From contig NC_086101.1 in assembly GCF_963921235.1 (NCBI RefSeq), forward strand, positions 9,116,001-9,180,000: a stretch of 64,000 nucleotides of DNA. The letters run 5' to 3'. Below are positions 47,601 through 59,519 of this stretch, piece by piece. Both the position numbers and the translations under genes were made by a program. The notes under the pieces were generated by a model, which saw only the letters and a list, made by a program, of their open reading frames with translations, did not search any database and was not told where the DNA came from. Each line of letters opens with the position of its first letter. Position 1 is the first letter of the stretch. This DNA comes from Mobula hypostoma (lineage: Eukaryota).

Positions 47601-47815
47601 ATCGGTTGTGTCAGTAGGCAAATTGTGGAGAGTCCAGTGTGGATGGCAGCTTGCTGCAGATGTAATCCTTGACCAGCTTCTCAAAGCTTTTGCTTATTAT
47701 TGAGGTGAGTGCAACAGGATGTCAGTCGTTCAGACATGTTACCTTGGTCTTGTTTGGTACAGAGACAATGCAGGATAATTTGAAGCAGGAAGTTACTCTA
47801 CACTGGGAGAGGGAG
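44681..47815 (-). mobile_element. Rex1/Babar-clade LINE fragment split by a CR1
   Basis: CSWILDFLSDR, GAPQGCV, LIKFADNTTLIGLI, WCQENNLFLNVAKTKELVVDYRR, LRRLRKFG and LFQLLPSGK. Confidence 0.8.
45404..47230 (-). mobile_element. 5'-truncated CR1 (third copy of the 3632-7714 subfamily)
   Basis: [12 protein letters not shown]...[13 protein letters not shown]...KFADD...; tail (aacatag)n at 45404. Confidence 0.9.
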
Positions 47816-48054
47816 AGATTAAAAATTTCCAGCATCTGCAGATTTTCTCCTTAAAGTTTCACGGTGCAGTATCGCCACCTGTTGCTGGAAACCGGTACTG
47901 CAGGAAGAGCAGAAACACAATGCTGTAACTCGGCTGGAATGTGGGCATCGGTAGCAGGGCCAACATTTACTGCCCGCCGACTGCCCAAAAGAAAGTCGAA
48001 ATGAGGTGCTTGTGGCCCACTCGTACACAGACAGATCGCTAAACAGAGGAAGGA

Positions 48055-50340
48055 ATCAGAATCGAATCAGGTTTATTATCACCGGCTTGTGTTAACTTAG
48101 CAGCAGCAGTTCAATGCAATACATAATATAGAAGAACAAAAAATAATAAATAAATGAATAAGTAAATCAATTACGGTATATGTATATCGAATAGATTAAA
48201 AACCGTGCAAAAACAGAATTATATTAAAAAAGTGAGGTAGTGTTCACGGGGTCAATGTGCATTTAGGAATCGGAAAGCAGAGGGGAAGAAGCTGTTTCTG
48301 AATCGCTGAGTCTGTGCCTCCTGCCTGATGGTAACAGTGAGAAAAGGACATGCCCTGGGTGCTGGCCGTCCTCGATAATGGACACTGCCTTTCTGAGACA
48401 CCGCTGCTTGAGGGTGGCCAAGGTACTCTGTACGCTAGTACCCAAGATGAAGCCGACTATATTTACGACCCTCTGCAGCTTCTTTTGGTCCTGTGCAGTA
48501 GCCCCCCGCCCCCCGCATACCAGACGGTGATGCAGCCTGTCAGAATGCTCTCCACGGTAAATCCAGAGAAGTTTTTGAGTGTATTTGTTGACACACGAAA
48601 TCTCTTCAAACCCCTAATGAAGTATAGACACTGTCTTGCATTCTTTGCAGCTGCATCGATATGTTGGGACCAGGTTCGGGCCTCAGAGATCTTGACACCC
48701 AGAAAATTGAAACTGGTCCCTCTCTCCAATTCTGATCCCTCTGTAAGGATTGGTATGTGTTCCTTCGTCTTACCCCTCCTGAAGTCCACAATCAGCTCTT
48801 TCATCTTACTGAGTGACGTTGAGTGCAAGGTTGTTGCGACACCACTCCACTAGTTGGTATATCTTGCTCCTGTACGCCTTCTCGACTCCATCTGAGATTC
48901 TACAAACAATGGTTGTATCATCAGCAAATTTATAAATGCTGTTTGAGGTCTGCCTAGTCACACTGTCATTGGTATTGAAGAGTAGAGGAGTGGGCTAAGC
49001 ACACATCCTGGAGTTGCATCAGTGTTGATCCTCAGTGAGGAGGAGATATTGTCACCGATCTGCACAGACTGTGATCTTCCAGCTGGGAAGTCGAGGATCC
49101 AATTGCAGAGGGAGGTACAGAGGCCCGGGTCACCGGCATACATCATAAAATTTGTATCTTAGCGGCAGCAATACGATGCAATACATGACAATATAGAAAA
49201 AAAGTAAATCTGTTACAGAGAGTATATATCTGTATGAAACAGTGAAATTAAAATATTGCAAACGCAGAAATAATATATTAAAAACTGAGGTAATGTTCAA
49301 TGTCCATTTAGGAATCGGATGGCAGAGGGGAAGAAATTGTTCCTGAATCGTTGAGTATGTGCCTTCAGGATTCTGTACCTCCTTCCTGATGGTAACAAGG
49401 AGAAGAGGGCATGTCCTGGGTGTTGGGGGTCCTTTCTGAGGCACCGCTCCTTGAAGGTGTTTTGAATACCATGGAGGCTAGAACTCAAGATGGAGGGGAC
49501 TAATTTTACAACTTGATGTAGCTTCTTTTCATCCTGTGCAGTTGCACCCCCCGTACCTTCCCCAAACCAGACAGTGATGCCGCCTGTCAGAATGCTCTCC
49601 ATGGTACAAGCGTACATCTATAGAAGTTTTCAACTGTTTTGGGTGACAGACCAAATCTCCTCAAACACCTAATGAAAGACAGCTGCTTTTCTGGTTAGAC
49701 CAGATTAGATCTTCAGAGATCTTGACACCCAGGAACCTGAAATCGCTCACTCTCTCCAGTTCTGATCCCTCTATGAGGACTGGTTCAGGTTCCCTCGTCC
49801 TACCCGTTCTAAAATCCACAATCGGTTCTTTGGTCTTACTGACGTTGAGTGCAAGGTTGTTGCTGTGACTCCACTCATCTAGCTGGAATATCTCGTTCCT
49901 GTTCGCCCTCTCGTCACCACCTGAGATTCTGCCAGCAATGGTTCCATCATCAGCAAATTTATAGATGGCATTTGAGCTACACCCAGTCACACAGAGAAAG
50001 TAGATGTGGGATGAGCACACATCCCTGTTCTGTGCCAGCATTGATTGTCAGCGAGGTGGAGATATTATTACCAATCAGCACGTATTGTGGTCCTGCAGTT
50101 TGGAAGTCAATGATCCAGATACAGAGGGAGATACAGAGACTCAGATTCCGTAGCGTATTGATCAGGGCTGTAGGAATGATGACGACTGAGCTACAGTCAA
50201 TGGTCAGCATCCTGACGTAGGTATTTGTATTGTCCAGGTGATCCAAGACCATGTGAAGAGCCATTGAGATCATGTCTGCTGTTGACCTATTGTGGCGATA
50301 GGCAAATTGCAGTGGGCCCAGGTCCTTGCTGAGGCAGAAG
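48055..50340 (-). mobile_element. Two tandem 5'-truncated Rex1/Babar-like LINE fragments (~48055-49130 and ~49131-50340)
   Basis: Each has a CNWILDF/PQGCVLSP-like segment, KELIVDFRR, VESILTGCITVW and LFSLLPSGRR; (gaatc)n-type tail at ~48055. Confidence 0.75.
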
Positions 50341-51644
50341 TTGCATCTAGCCAGCATTTTATGTGTTGCTCTGGATTTCAGCATTTGCAGTCTGTCGTGT
50401 CTCCAGACTGTCACGGTGCCTTGTACACATGACAATAAATTCGGCATGACTTCATTTGACCTTACTTCACTTCGAGGACACCCCTCTCAATGTGGACAAT
50501 TGCAAGGTGTTGCACTTTTGTAGGACCTACCTGAGTGAGGAGTGCAGTAGAACAAAGAGATCTGGGAATACGGTCCATTGAAAGTGGTGTCTCAGGTTGA
50601 TCGGGTCGTAAGGAAAGCTTTAGGCACATTGGCCTTCATAAACCAAAATATGGATTACAGGAGATGGGATGTTATGTTGAAGTTGTATCAGATGTTTACG
50701 AGGCCTAATTTGGAGTATTGTGTGCAGTTTTTCCTACAGGAAAGATGTAAATAAGGTTGAAAGAGTACTGAAAAAAATGACAAGGATATCGCTGGGACTG
50801 GAGTACCCGAGTTATAAGGAAAGGCTGAAAGACTTTATTCCGTGGAATGTAGAAGATTGAAGGGAAATTTGATAGAGGTATACAAAAGTTTCAGGAAGCG
50901 ATGCTGGTTTTGGCCTACTTTGTCATGTGCCTCCAGGTACTCCGTAATCTCATCCCTAACTATCCGTTCCAACAATTTCCCAACCACTGATGTCAGGCTA
51001 ACAGGTCTAGTTTCCTTTCTGCTGCCTCCCACCCTTCTTTATTAGCAGTGTAATATTTCCAATTTTGCAGTCATCGGGTACAATGGCAGAACCTATCGAT
51101 TCTTGAAAGATCACTGTTAATGCCTTCGCAGTCTCTCCAGCTATTTCCTACAGAACACAAGGGTGCATTCCATCAGGTCCAGGAGATTTTTTCACCCACA
51201 GACCATTAAGCTTTCTGAGCACCTTCTCAGTCGTAATTTTCACTGCACAAACTTCACTTCCCTGACACTCTTGATTGTTTAGTATACTGCTGATGTCTTC
51301 CACTGTGAAGACTATTGCAATATATGCATTCAGTTCCTCTGCCATCTCTGCATTTCTCATTACAATATCTGCAGCGTCATTTTATATTGGTCCTATATCT
51401 CATTAAAAACCCTCACACCCTCTCCATGAACTGTTTGTTCTTCTGCCATCAGGCAAACGTTACAGGAGCATCAAAACTAAAACCACAAGCCTGCTAAACA
51501 GCTTCCTCCTACAGGCAGTCAGACTGCTAAATAGCTGCTCTACCTGACTCTGCTTTGGACGCTTTTAACTTGCACTGGACACTTATAACTGATTTTAACT
51601 GACATGTGGCTGTTGTGTTTTACTATTTATTGTTATGTTTCTGC

Positions 51645-52169
51645 ATAGAGTTGACGTATGGCTTCCTCCTTGCGTAATACAGTTTCAAGTTGCATTTCTG
51701 GATGCAGCGACGGACTGTGTTGAGTGACAATGGTTTTCCGAAGTACTCCCGAGCCCAGGTGGCTATAACTGTCACAGTAGCATGACGGTTTCTCAGGCAG
51801 TGCCACCCATCCTTGCTTGCAAAGACTGCCTTTGATGGACGCTACTTTTATACCCAGTCATGATACCTCACCTGCTACCAATTAGCCTGCTTAATGTGGA
51901 CTCTTCCAAACTGGTGTTACTTGAATATTCTGTGCACTTTTCAATCTTATTTTAACTCTGTCCCAACTTTTGTTGAGTGTGTTGCAGCCATCAAATTCTG
52001 AATTTGTGTATATTTACAAAATACAATTAAGTTGGTCAGTAACACTATGGAAAATCTTTTCTTTGTACTTTTGTCAGTTAAATAAAGGTTCATGTGAATT
52101 AACATATCACAGATTTCTGTTTTTATTGCATTTTGGAAAATATCCCAACTTTTCTGGAAATGGGGTTTG
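51645..52169. mobile_element. Tc1-like DNA transposon end fragment (IR/DR type)
   Basis: Terminus ...cccaacttttctggaaatggggtttg|TA (TA at 52170-71) with an internal repeat gtcccaactttt near 51960. Confidence 0.6.
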
Positions 52170-54493
52170 TAGGTTTGCTTTGAACTGAGCTCCTCCAGCA
52201 TGTTGTGTGTGTTGTCAGGATTTTCAGCATCTGCAAGATCTCAAGAACAATAAGACCATGAGGCACAGGCACAGAATGAGGCCATTCAGTCCATCGAGTC
52301 TGCTCTGCCTTTCGATGCTGATCCAGAAGAAGGAAGCTGCAAGGCCTCAGGCCACAAAGCCCTACAGAGGATAGTAAAGACTGTCAAGAGGATCACTGGG
52401 GTCTCCCCCTGCCCCCGGGTTGTTACATTTACCGGGAGGGTTGAATAGAAAGGGACCAAAGCATTGTTGAGGAACACCACCACCACAATCTCTTCGACCC
52501 ACGACCACCAGGAAGAAGATGCAGGAGCATGAGGATAGAAATGCCAGACGGGTAACAATTTCTACCCTCTGGCTGTGAGACGAATGACTACCCTGCCACC
52601 ACTAAGGTCTTGTCACTAGGACAGGGAGCTGTTCAGTATTTACCTGTGCTCCATACTTGATATGCATTTTGAATGATAGTTTATTATCTTATTTGTGGTG
52701 GTAATATTTTGTTTTATGCGCTGTCTGTGATATATGTTTTGTGGGTGCTCCATGGTCTGGAAGAACATTGATTCGTTTGTGTTTATGAACAGTCAGATGA
52801 CAGTAAACTTGAATTTGAGCTTGATCATGGCCGATGTACTTTCCATCTCAACCCCCATTCTTCTGCCTTCTCCCAGTAAACTTGACAAGCTTGTTAACCT
52901 ATTACCCTCTGCTCAAAATACACCCAACGGCTTGGCCTCCATAGGCATCAGTACCAATGGATTCCACTGATTCACCATCCTCTCCTAAACACATCCCTCC
53001 TCATCTCTGTTGTAAATGGATATCCTTTTATTCTGAGGCTGTGCCCTCTGGTCATAGACTCTCCCACTACAGGAAACATCCTGACGACGTTCACTCCACC
53101 TCGGCCTTTCAGTATTTGATAGGTTTCATTGGGATTCCCCACCCCCCTCTCCATCCCTCTGCATCCCAGCAAGTAGAGAACCTCTTCAGATATTAACCCC
53201 TTCATACCCTGCATCATTCTGATGACCCTCCTCTGGACCCACTCCAATGCCAGTAGATCCTTTCTAAGATTTGGCACCTAAAACTGCTCCCAATACACCA
53301 AATGTGGCCTGACCGATGATTTATAAAGACTCGTCATTACAGTACATCTTTGCTCTTATATTCCAGTACCTTTGAAATGAATGCTAACATTGCATTTGCC
53401 TTCCTTACTGCCGTCTCAACCTCCAAGTTAATCTTTAGGGTATTCTGCACTCGCTCTCCCAGGTCCCTTTGCACCTCTGATTTCGGAATTCCCTCCCGTT
53501 TAGAAAATATTCTCTGCCTTTATTCCACGTTTCCTGAGAAGATACGAGCAGCTTTTATTTGTCACATCAAAACAGAGATTGAAATGTGTCGTTTGAGTCA
53601 ATGTGATACCCTCTGACCACACTTCCCACTTTCATGCTGTTTTTGGTTCAAGTGAACGGGAAAGGACAATGGGAGAAGAAGTTAAGCTGATATTAAGTGT
53701 CAGCCAAGCCAAGTAGGGCCCAGAGGACCACAATATTCAAATTCCACCCCCAGCTGATCTCAGAATGTAAACGTTCAATTGAGTTCAAATCTCTTTCAGT
53801 GAGGGACGACCAGCAAAAGTTCTAATTATTTTCCACGTCATCAGACAGTGAAGTGTCAAACATTAAACCACACAAACCAGGAAATAAAATGAGAGCAGTC
53901 TGAGGAGACCATTTAGCCCCTGAAGATTGTCCTCTCTATCTGTGAGATCATGTCCTATCCTGATGCACCAAGGCTTGGCATGGCCACCGCTGTGCCCAGG
54001 AATGCCGGAAGCTGCAGAGAATTGTGGACACAGCTCAGTACATCACAGAAAGGCGTCTCGCTGCCTTGGTAACGGAGCGAACATAATCGAAGACCCAAAA
54101 TACCCTGGACATTCTCTTTCTCCACCCCTTCCCTTGGGCAGAAGATACAAAAGCCTGAAAGTACACACCATCAGGCTCATGGACAGTTTCAAGTCTTATT
54201 GATTCTGCCCCTTTCCAGTTCTGATGAATGTTCATGGCCTGAATCGTCAGCTGTTTATTCCCCTCCATAGATGCTGCCTGACCTGATAAGTTCCTGCAAC
54301 ATTTTCTGTGTTTAACTTGACTTCAGTCCTGTTATTATAAGGCTGTTGAATGGTTCTCTTGATGAACTCTTGACTTCACAGTTTACCTAATCAAGGCCTT
54401 CCAGCTTATTGTCTGCCTGCTCTGCACTTGACATCCCCTCAAGATTCAGGGGAGTGGAGTTAGGACGGAGATGAGGAGGAACTGCTTTTCCCA

Positions 54494-55123
54494 TGTAAGG
54501 GGTTTCTTCTTTTATATTCCTGCGTAGGCTAGTCAAAGTGGCTTCTTTGTTATATTATAATTTAAATGGTTTCTATGTAATGTTAACTGCTGAGACAGTG
54601 GTTCTTTTCTAGCAGCTTATTTGTGTTAGATTATTGACGGGGGGTGGGGAATGAACCAATGCGTGTCCAATTATTCTTTTTGTGGGTGATATTCTGTCTC
54701 ATATGGCTGGGAACCGTATGGTTTGGGGGGGTTTTCAGGAGGAGACCGGGGAGCAGAAGGACGTGCTGGAAGCGCTCTGGTCGACCACCGTAGTTGGTCC
54801 CGGGCGGCGAGTCGGAGGGGACCGCAGGGTGAAGAGAAGACCCCGCTATTTGAGCTCCAACTTGTGTGCACGAAGAAGTTGAACTTTGATAAGCCTGGCG
54901 CCTTTTTCTTTCTCTTTTATATTGTTTCTCTATTAATCTAACAGTGTCAGAAAGATTTATAAAGTGTAAACTGTAAAGTGTAGATTGTGTGCTGTCTGAT
55001 AATTGATGTGTGAGGTTGTACCACGTGGCATTACACAGCACCGACGCAAACCGTGAGACACGGTTTGGCGGGCGGACGGGGTTTCCCCGGGATAAACACG
55101 AGCCGATAGAGCTGAGCGCTACA
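54494..55123. mobile_element. Solo LTR (630 bp), probably Gypsy-type
   Basis: TGTA...TACA termini; 4-bp flanks CCCA/CCTA (TSD with one mismatch); splits a CR1 3' end (aactgcttttccca|...ggagtggtgaatctgtgg). Confidence 0.75.
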
Positions 55124-56134
55124 CCTAGGAGTGGTGAATCTGTGGAGTTCTCTGTCCAATGAAGCAGTGGAGGCTACCTCAGTAAATATATTTCAGACAA
55201 GGGTGGATAGATTTTTGCACAGTGGGGGAATTGAGGGTTGTGGGGAGAAGGCAGGAAGGTGGAGATGAGTCCCAGGTCAGATCAGCCATGATCTTATTAA
55301 ATGGTGGAGCACTCAATGGGCCAGATGGCCTACTCCCGATCCTATTTCTTATGTTCTTATGTTTATTCTGCAATCTGTTATGATTTTCCCTGTACTGCCT
55401 CAATGCACTATTGTAATGATTTGACCTGCAGAAGCATCGGGCAGAAGATACGAAAGCCCATCCCACCAGGGTCAAAGACAGCTTCCAGCCCACTGTCCTC
55501 AGACTCCTGAACGGACCTCTTGCGGAAGAAGATCGATTCTCGGCACTTTGTCTTTTACTTGCACCGCACTCTTTCAGTAGCTGCGACCCTTTATTCTGCA
55601 TTCCAGTGAGATGGCGGTGTGTCCAGGTGCGGCGGCCTCTCCGGGGACAACCAAAGGTGGTTTGTCTTTTTTTAAATGTATTTTTTATGATCGCAAGCCA
55701 AGCTGGACATTAAGAACTTCAGGTACTGCACGTCAACCCCATCAGTGAGCTGCTCATTGGTGGAGGAGCTGGACTTGGTGTGTTATTGTCTGCTACAGAA
55801 AGGCATTGGAGTCAGTGCATGAAGACAGGATGTACTCTAACAGCGAGTGATTGCCTGCGATGTTTTACTTCAGATCACAAAACCCTGTTGGACGTTGGCA
55901 GTGCACGACACTGCAAGTCCATTTCCCTTGCTTATTGGTGAGACAGGTGGCAGGGAGCTGTGTGGCCTCCGTTGTAGTGATGTCGAGGCCTCAAGCTGCG
56001 GGCTCGCCTTTTACACCAGTCCAGGAGAGGAAACAGCGAAGGCAGTGTCGCGCGGCGTCCCTGGAGTCTGGGGTTGTCCTGTCCTGTCGGTGCTTCCAGC
56101 CAGTGTTCAAACATTGTCTACTGCCGGGCAGTGC

Positions 56135-56425
56135 AGTAATATGGCAGACAGAGTAACGCTTTACTGTGCCAGTGACCGGGGTTCATTCCACACCACTGTC
56201 TGAAAGGAGTTTGCACGTTTATTCCGTGACCATGAGGGTTTCCTCCAGGTGCTCCAGTTTCCTCCCATATTGAAAGGGTATGTTGGTGAGTTGTGGGTAC
56301 ACGATGTTGGTGCCAGACGCAAGGCAGCATAAGGGCTGCCCCCAGCACAATCCTCGGACTGTTGATCATTTGTGTAATTGACACATTTCACTGTTTGTTT
56401 CGATGATTCAATGTACACATGACAA
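56135..56425 (+). mobile_element. V-SINE-like element
   Basis: gtgaccggggttcattcc...ggagtttgcacgttt...gggtttcctccaggtgctccagtttcctcccat. Confidence 0.6.
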
Positions 56426-56459
56426 AGTTTAAGCTTTCTTTAAGAAAAACTTACTCAGT

Positions 56460-58010
56460 ATATGTAAACCTACGGACTCAATCTGCAAATTAGCCTTTAA
56501 GGAATCCCACACAAAGACTCTCAAGTCACTGTGCAACTCAGTTTTTTGTATTTTCTCTCCATTTGGAAAGTAGTTAGCCCTTTCATTTCTTCTTCCAAAG
56601 TGTGTGGCCACACATTTCCCAACACTTTATTCCATCTGCCATTCCTTTACCCACTCTCCTAATCTGTCTAAGTCCTCCTCTACTTCATCAAAATTACGGC
56701 CCCTCCACTTATCTTCATTTCATCTGTAAACTTTGCAGCAGAGCCATCAATTCCATCATCCAAATCATTGACGTGTAACGTAAAAAGAATCTGTCACAAC
56801 ACAGACCTCTGTTGAACAACAATGATCACCAGTAGCCACCCAGAAAATGCTCCCTTTATTCTCACTCTTTGCCTCCTTCCAATCAGCCACTGCTTTATCC
56901 ACACTCATGCCTTTCCTGTAATACCAGGGGCTTGTAGCCTGTTCAGCAACGTCAAGTGTGGCATCTCGTCAAAGGCCTTCCGAAAATCCAAGTACACAAC
57001 ATCAACCAATTCTCCTTTGTCTATCCTGCTTCTTATTTAAGACCATAAGACATAGGAGCAGAATAGGCCATTCAGCCCATCTAGTCCACGCCGCTATTTT
57101 ATCATGGCTGATCCAGGATCCCATTCAAACCCATACACCTGCCTATTACCATATACTTTGATGCTCTGACCACTCAGGAATCTATCATCTTCTGCTTTAA
57201 ATATACCCACGTTCTTGGCCTCTACAGCAGTTTGTGGCAGAGCATTCCACAGATTCACCACACACTGGCTAAAAAATAAATTCCTCCTTACTTCTGTTCT
57301 AAAGGGTCACCCCTCAATTTTGAGTCTGTGCCCTCCAGTTCTGGATACGTCCACTGTAGGAAACATCCTTTCTTCAAATATTTCCAACATATTTGTCAGT
57401 CAAGATTTTCCCTAGAGGAAAACATTCAGACTACGGCCTATTTTTTGATGTGCCTCCAAGTAACCTAGAACTCATCCTTAATAATCGACTCCAACATCTT
57501 CCCAACCACTGAGATCAGACTAACTGGCCAATAATTTCCTTTCTTCTGCGTCTCTCCCTTTCTGAAGAGTGGATTGACATTTGCAATTTTCCTGTCTTTT
57601 GGAAATCATTCCAGAATCTATGATCCCTGAAAGATCATTCCTAATGCCTCCACTATCTCTTCAGACCCCTCTTTCAGGACACGGGGTTCTACACAATCCG
57701 GTTCAGTTGACTGATCTACCTTCAGGCCTTTCAGGTTCTCATCAACCTTCTGGTAATGGCAACTTCACACATTTCTGACCCCTGACGCTCCTGAACTTCC
57801 AGCATCCTGCTAGAGTCTTCCACAGTGAAGACTGATGCAAAATACTTATTCACTTCATCCGCCATTTCCTTGCTCTCCCATTACTACCTCTCCAGCATTG
57901 TTTTCCTGCGGTCTGATATCCACTTTCGCCTCCCCTTTACACTTTATGTATCTGAAGGAACTTCTGGTATTCTCTTTAATATTATCAGCGAGCTTATTTT
58001 GTATTCCAAT
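56460..58010 (-). mobile_element. Degenerate CR1 fragments with a nested CR1 3' end (~57040-57375)
   Basis: THFGRRN, DFRKAFD- and NYWPVSL-like remnants; tail taagaccataagacatagg at ~57040. Confidence 0.7.
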
Positions 58011-58636
58011 TACAGCTGAGCAGCTGAAAGTCCTGAGAGTCCTCTGCCCCCTCAATACCTGTTACCCCCATCCTGAACTCAATCACACTCAACTTGCTTT
58101 GGCCCTTGGAGACGGATGGCTGCTCCATTCTAGCACTCAGAGGCCAACCAGCTCCTCGCCTACTCACACCTTCTGATCCACCGTCACCATCAGCTCTCCC
58201 AGCCTCAGACACAGCTGAACACCCCGCCATCAAGCCCCGGAGGCTAATTCAGTCAGGGAGGCTGGAAGGGGAGAAATTGATGACCTCATCAATGAAAATC
58301 AATGCCACCTCATTTCCCCTGAACCTACGGGGTTTAGTTACTCTGGGGAGGCTGTAAGACTACAGGGGAAGTCTATATTTAAACTGACAGTCACACCCTC
58401 CTCTGCTCATCGATATTCAGAAATCCCACTGTCACGCTGGGCAAACATTTTTGTTTCTCATCATTTCCCACTCCTTCATCACTTTCTGTCGCTTCTCACG
58501 GAAGAAGCTCTGTCTGGTTTAACCCTCAGCCAGCCTGGGTCCTGTGATCAATACAGGTCATAAATGTTGAAATTGTTGCCTCGTTCTGAACTCCCTCTTG
58601 GGGATTCATGCTTCCCTGTGTTCACACTGTTGACTT

Positions 58637-58937
58637 AAGGTGTATTAAAGGCACCTTGTTGCTCCTGGTTTCCTGCCCCTTGAGTAGCAGAGTAGCCCTG
58701 ACAGTGCATTTTGTAGACAGTGCATGCACGTTGGGAAAATGGTTCATCATTGTCACAGGTCCTGTGTTATTTAAGACCGTACGGTGTATTAAAGACACCT
58801 TGTTGCTCCTGGTTTCCTGCCACTCGACATAGGTTGTCCTATGGAGATGGCCTTCTGAGTCCTTTCAGAGTAGCCCTGACAGTGCATGTTGTAGACAGTG
58901 CATGCACATTGGTAAAATAGTTTGTCGTTGTCACAGG
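58637..58937. repeat. Imperfect tandem duplication (two units of ~145-155 bp)
   Basis: ggtgtattaaag.caccttgttgctcctggtttcctgcc...cagagtagccctgacagtgcat.ttgtagacagtgcatgcac...tgtcacagg occurs twice (~58639 and ~58783). Confidence 0.8.
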
Positions 58938-59519
58938 CACGGAGGTACAGTGAAATACTTTGTTTTGCATGCCTTCTCTACAGATTATTTCATCACATCA
59001 GTGCATTGAAGGAATGCAAGGGAAAAGCAGTAACAGATTGCAGAATAAAGTGTTACAGTGACAGGGAAAGTGCAGTGCAGGAAGACAATGAAGAGTGTGA
59101 ACATAACCAGGGTAGACGGGTGAGATCAGTAGTCCGTCCCTCATACTCTGGCAATATTCAGCAAAACAACACACAGAGCAATAACGAAACAATACTCGGC
59201 AACAGGGAAACAACACCATCCCTTGTCTCTCTGCAGTTTTACAAAATATGGTTGGCTTTACAGCTTGATCCATGTGACTTCTCATGTTCTTTCTGCAGTC
59301 GGTCAGACTGACTGACCCACATTTCAGGGAGATGAAGGCTTTTCACCTCAGGATGTCCTGGCTGCTTCTTCACCCTAAGACCCACAATCAAACGCGCATC
59401 TCCTACTGGTTTGGGCATCTCTCTCAGAGGGTGTCACAGAACGGAAAACAGAAATTTGGGTAAGTACCTGGATGCGGGGTATGGGGGGCTATGGTCCAGG
59501 TGCAGGTTGCTGCGACTAA

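Noticed and set aside
58236..58330. Minus-strand peptide FRGNEVALIFIDEV resembling a Walker B motif
   Set aside because: The frame is very short and closed by a stop, with no Walker A or other ATPase context; probably chance.
58840..58880. Hairpin resembling the U7 snRNA 3' stem or a histone stem-loop
   Set aside because: There is no U7 Sm site (AATTTGTCTAG) upstream and it does not fit the 6-bp stem, 4-nt loop histone consensus.
59299..59459. Candidate + strand exon (ttctgcag|...TTTGG|gtaagt)
   Set aside because: The apparent donor lies in a decayed CR1 3' end (compare ~44008-44070) and the peptide resembles nothing I recognise.
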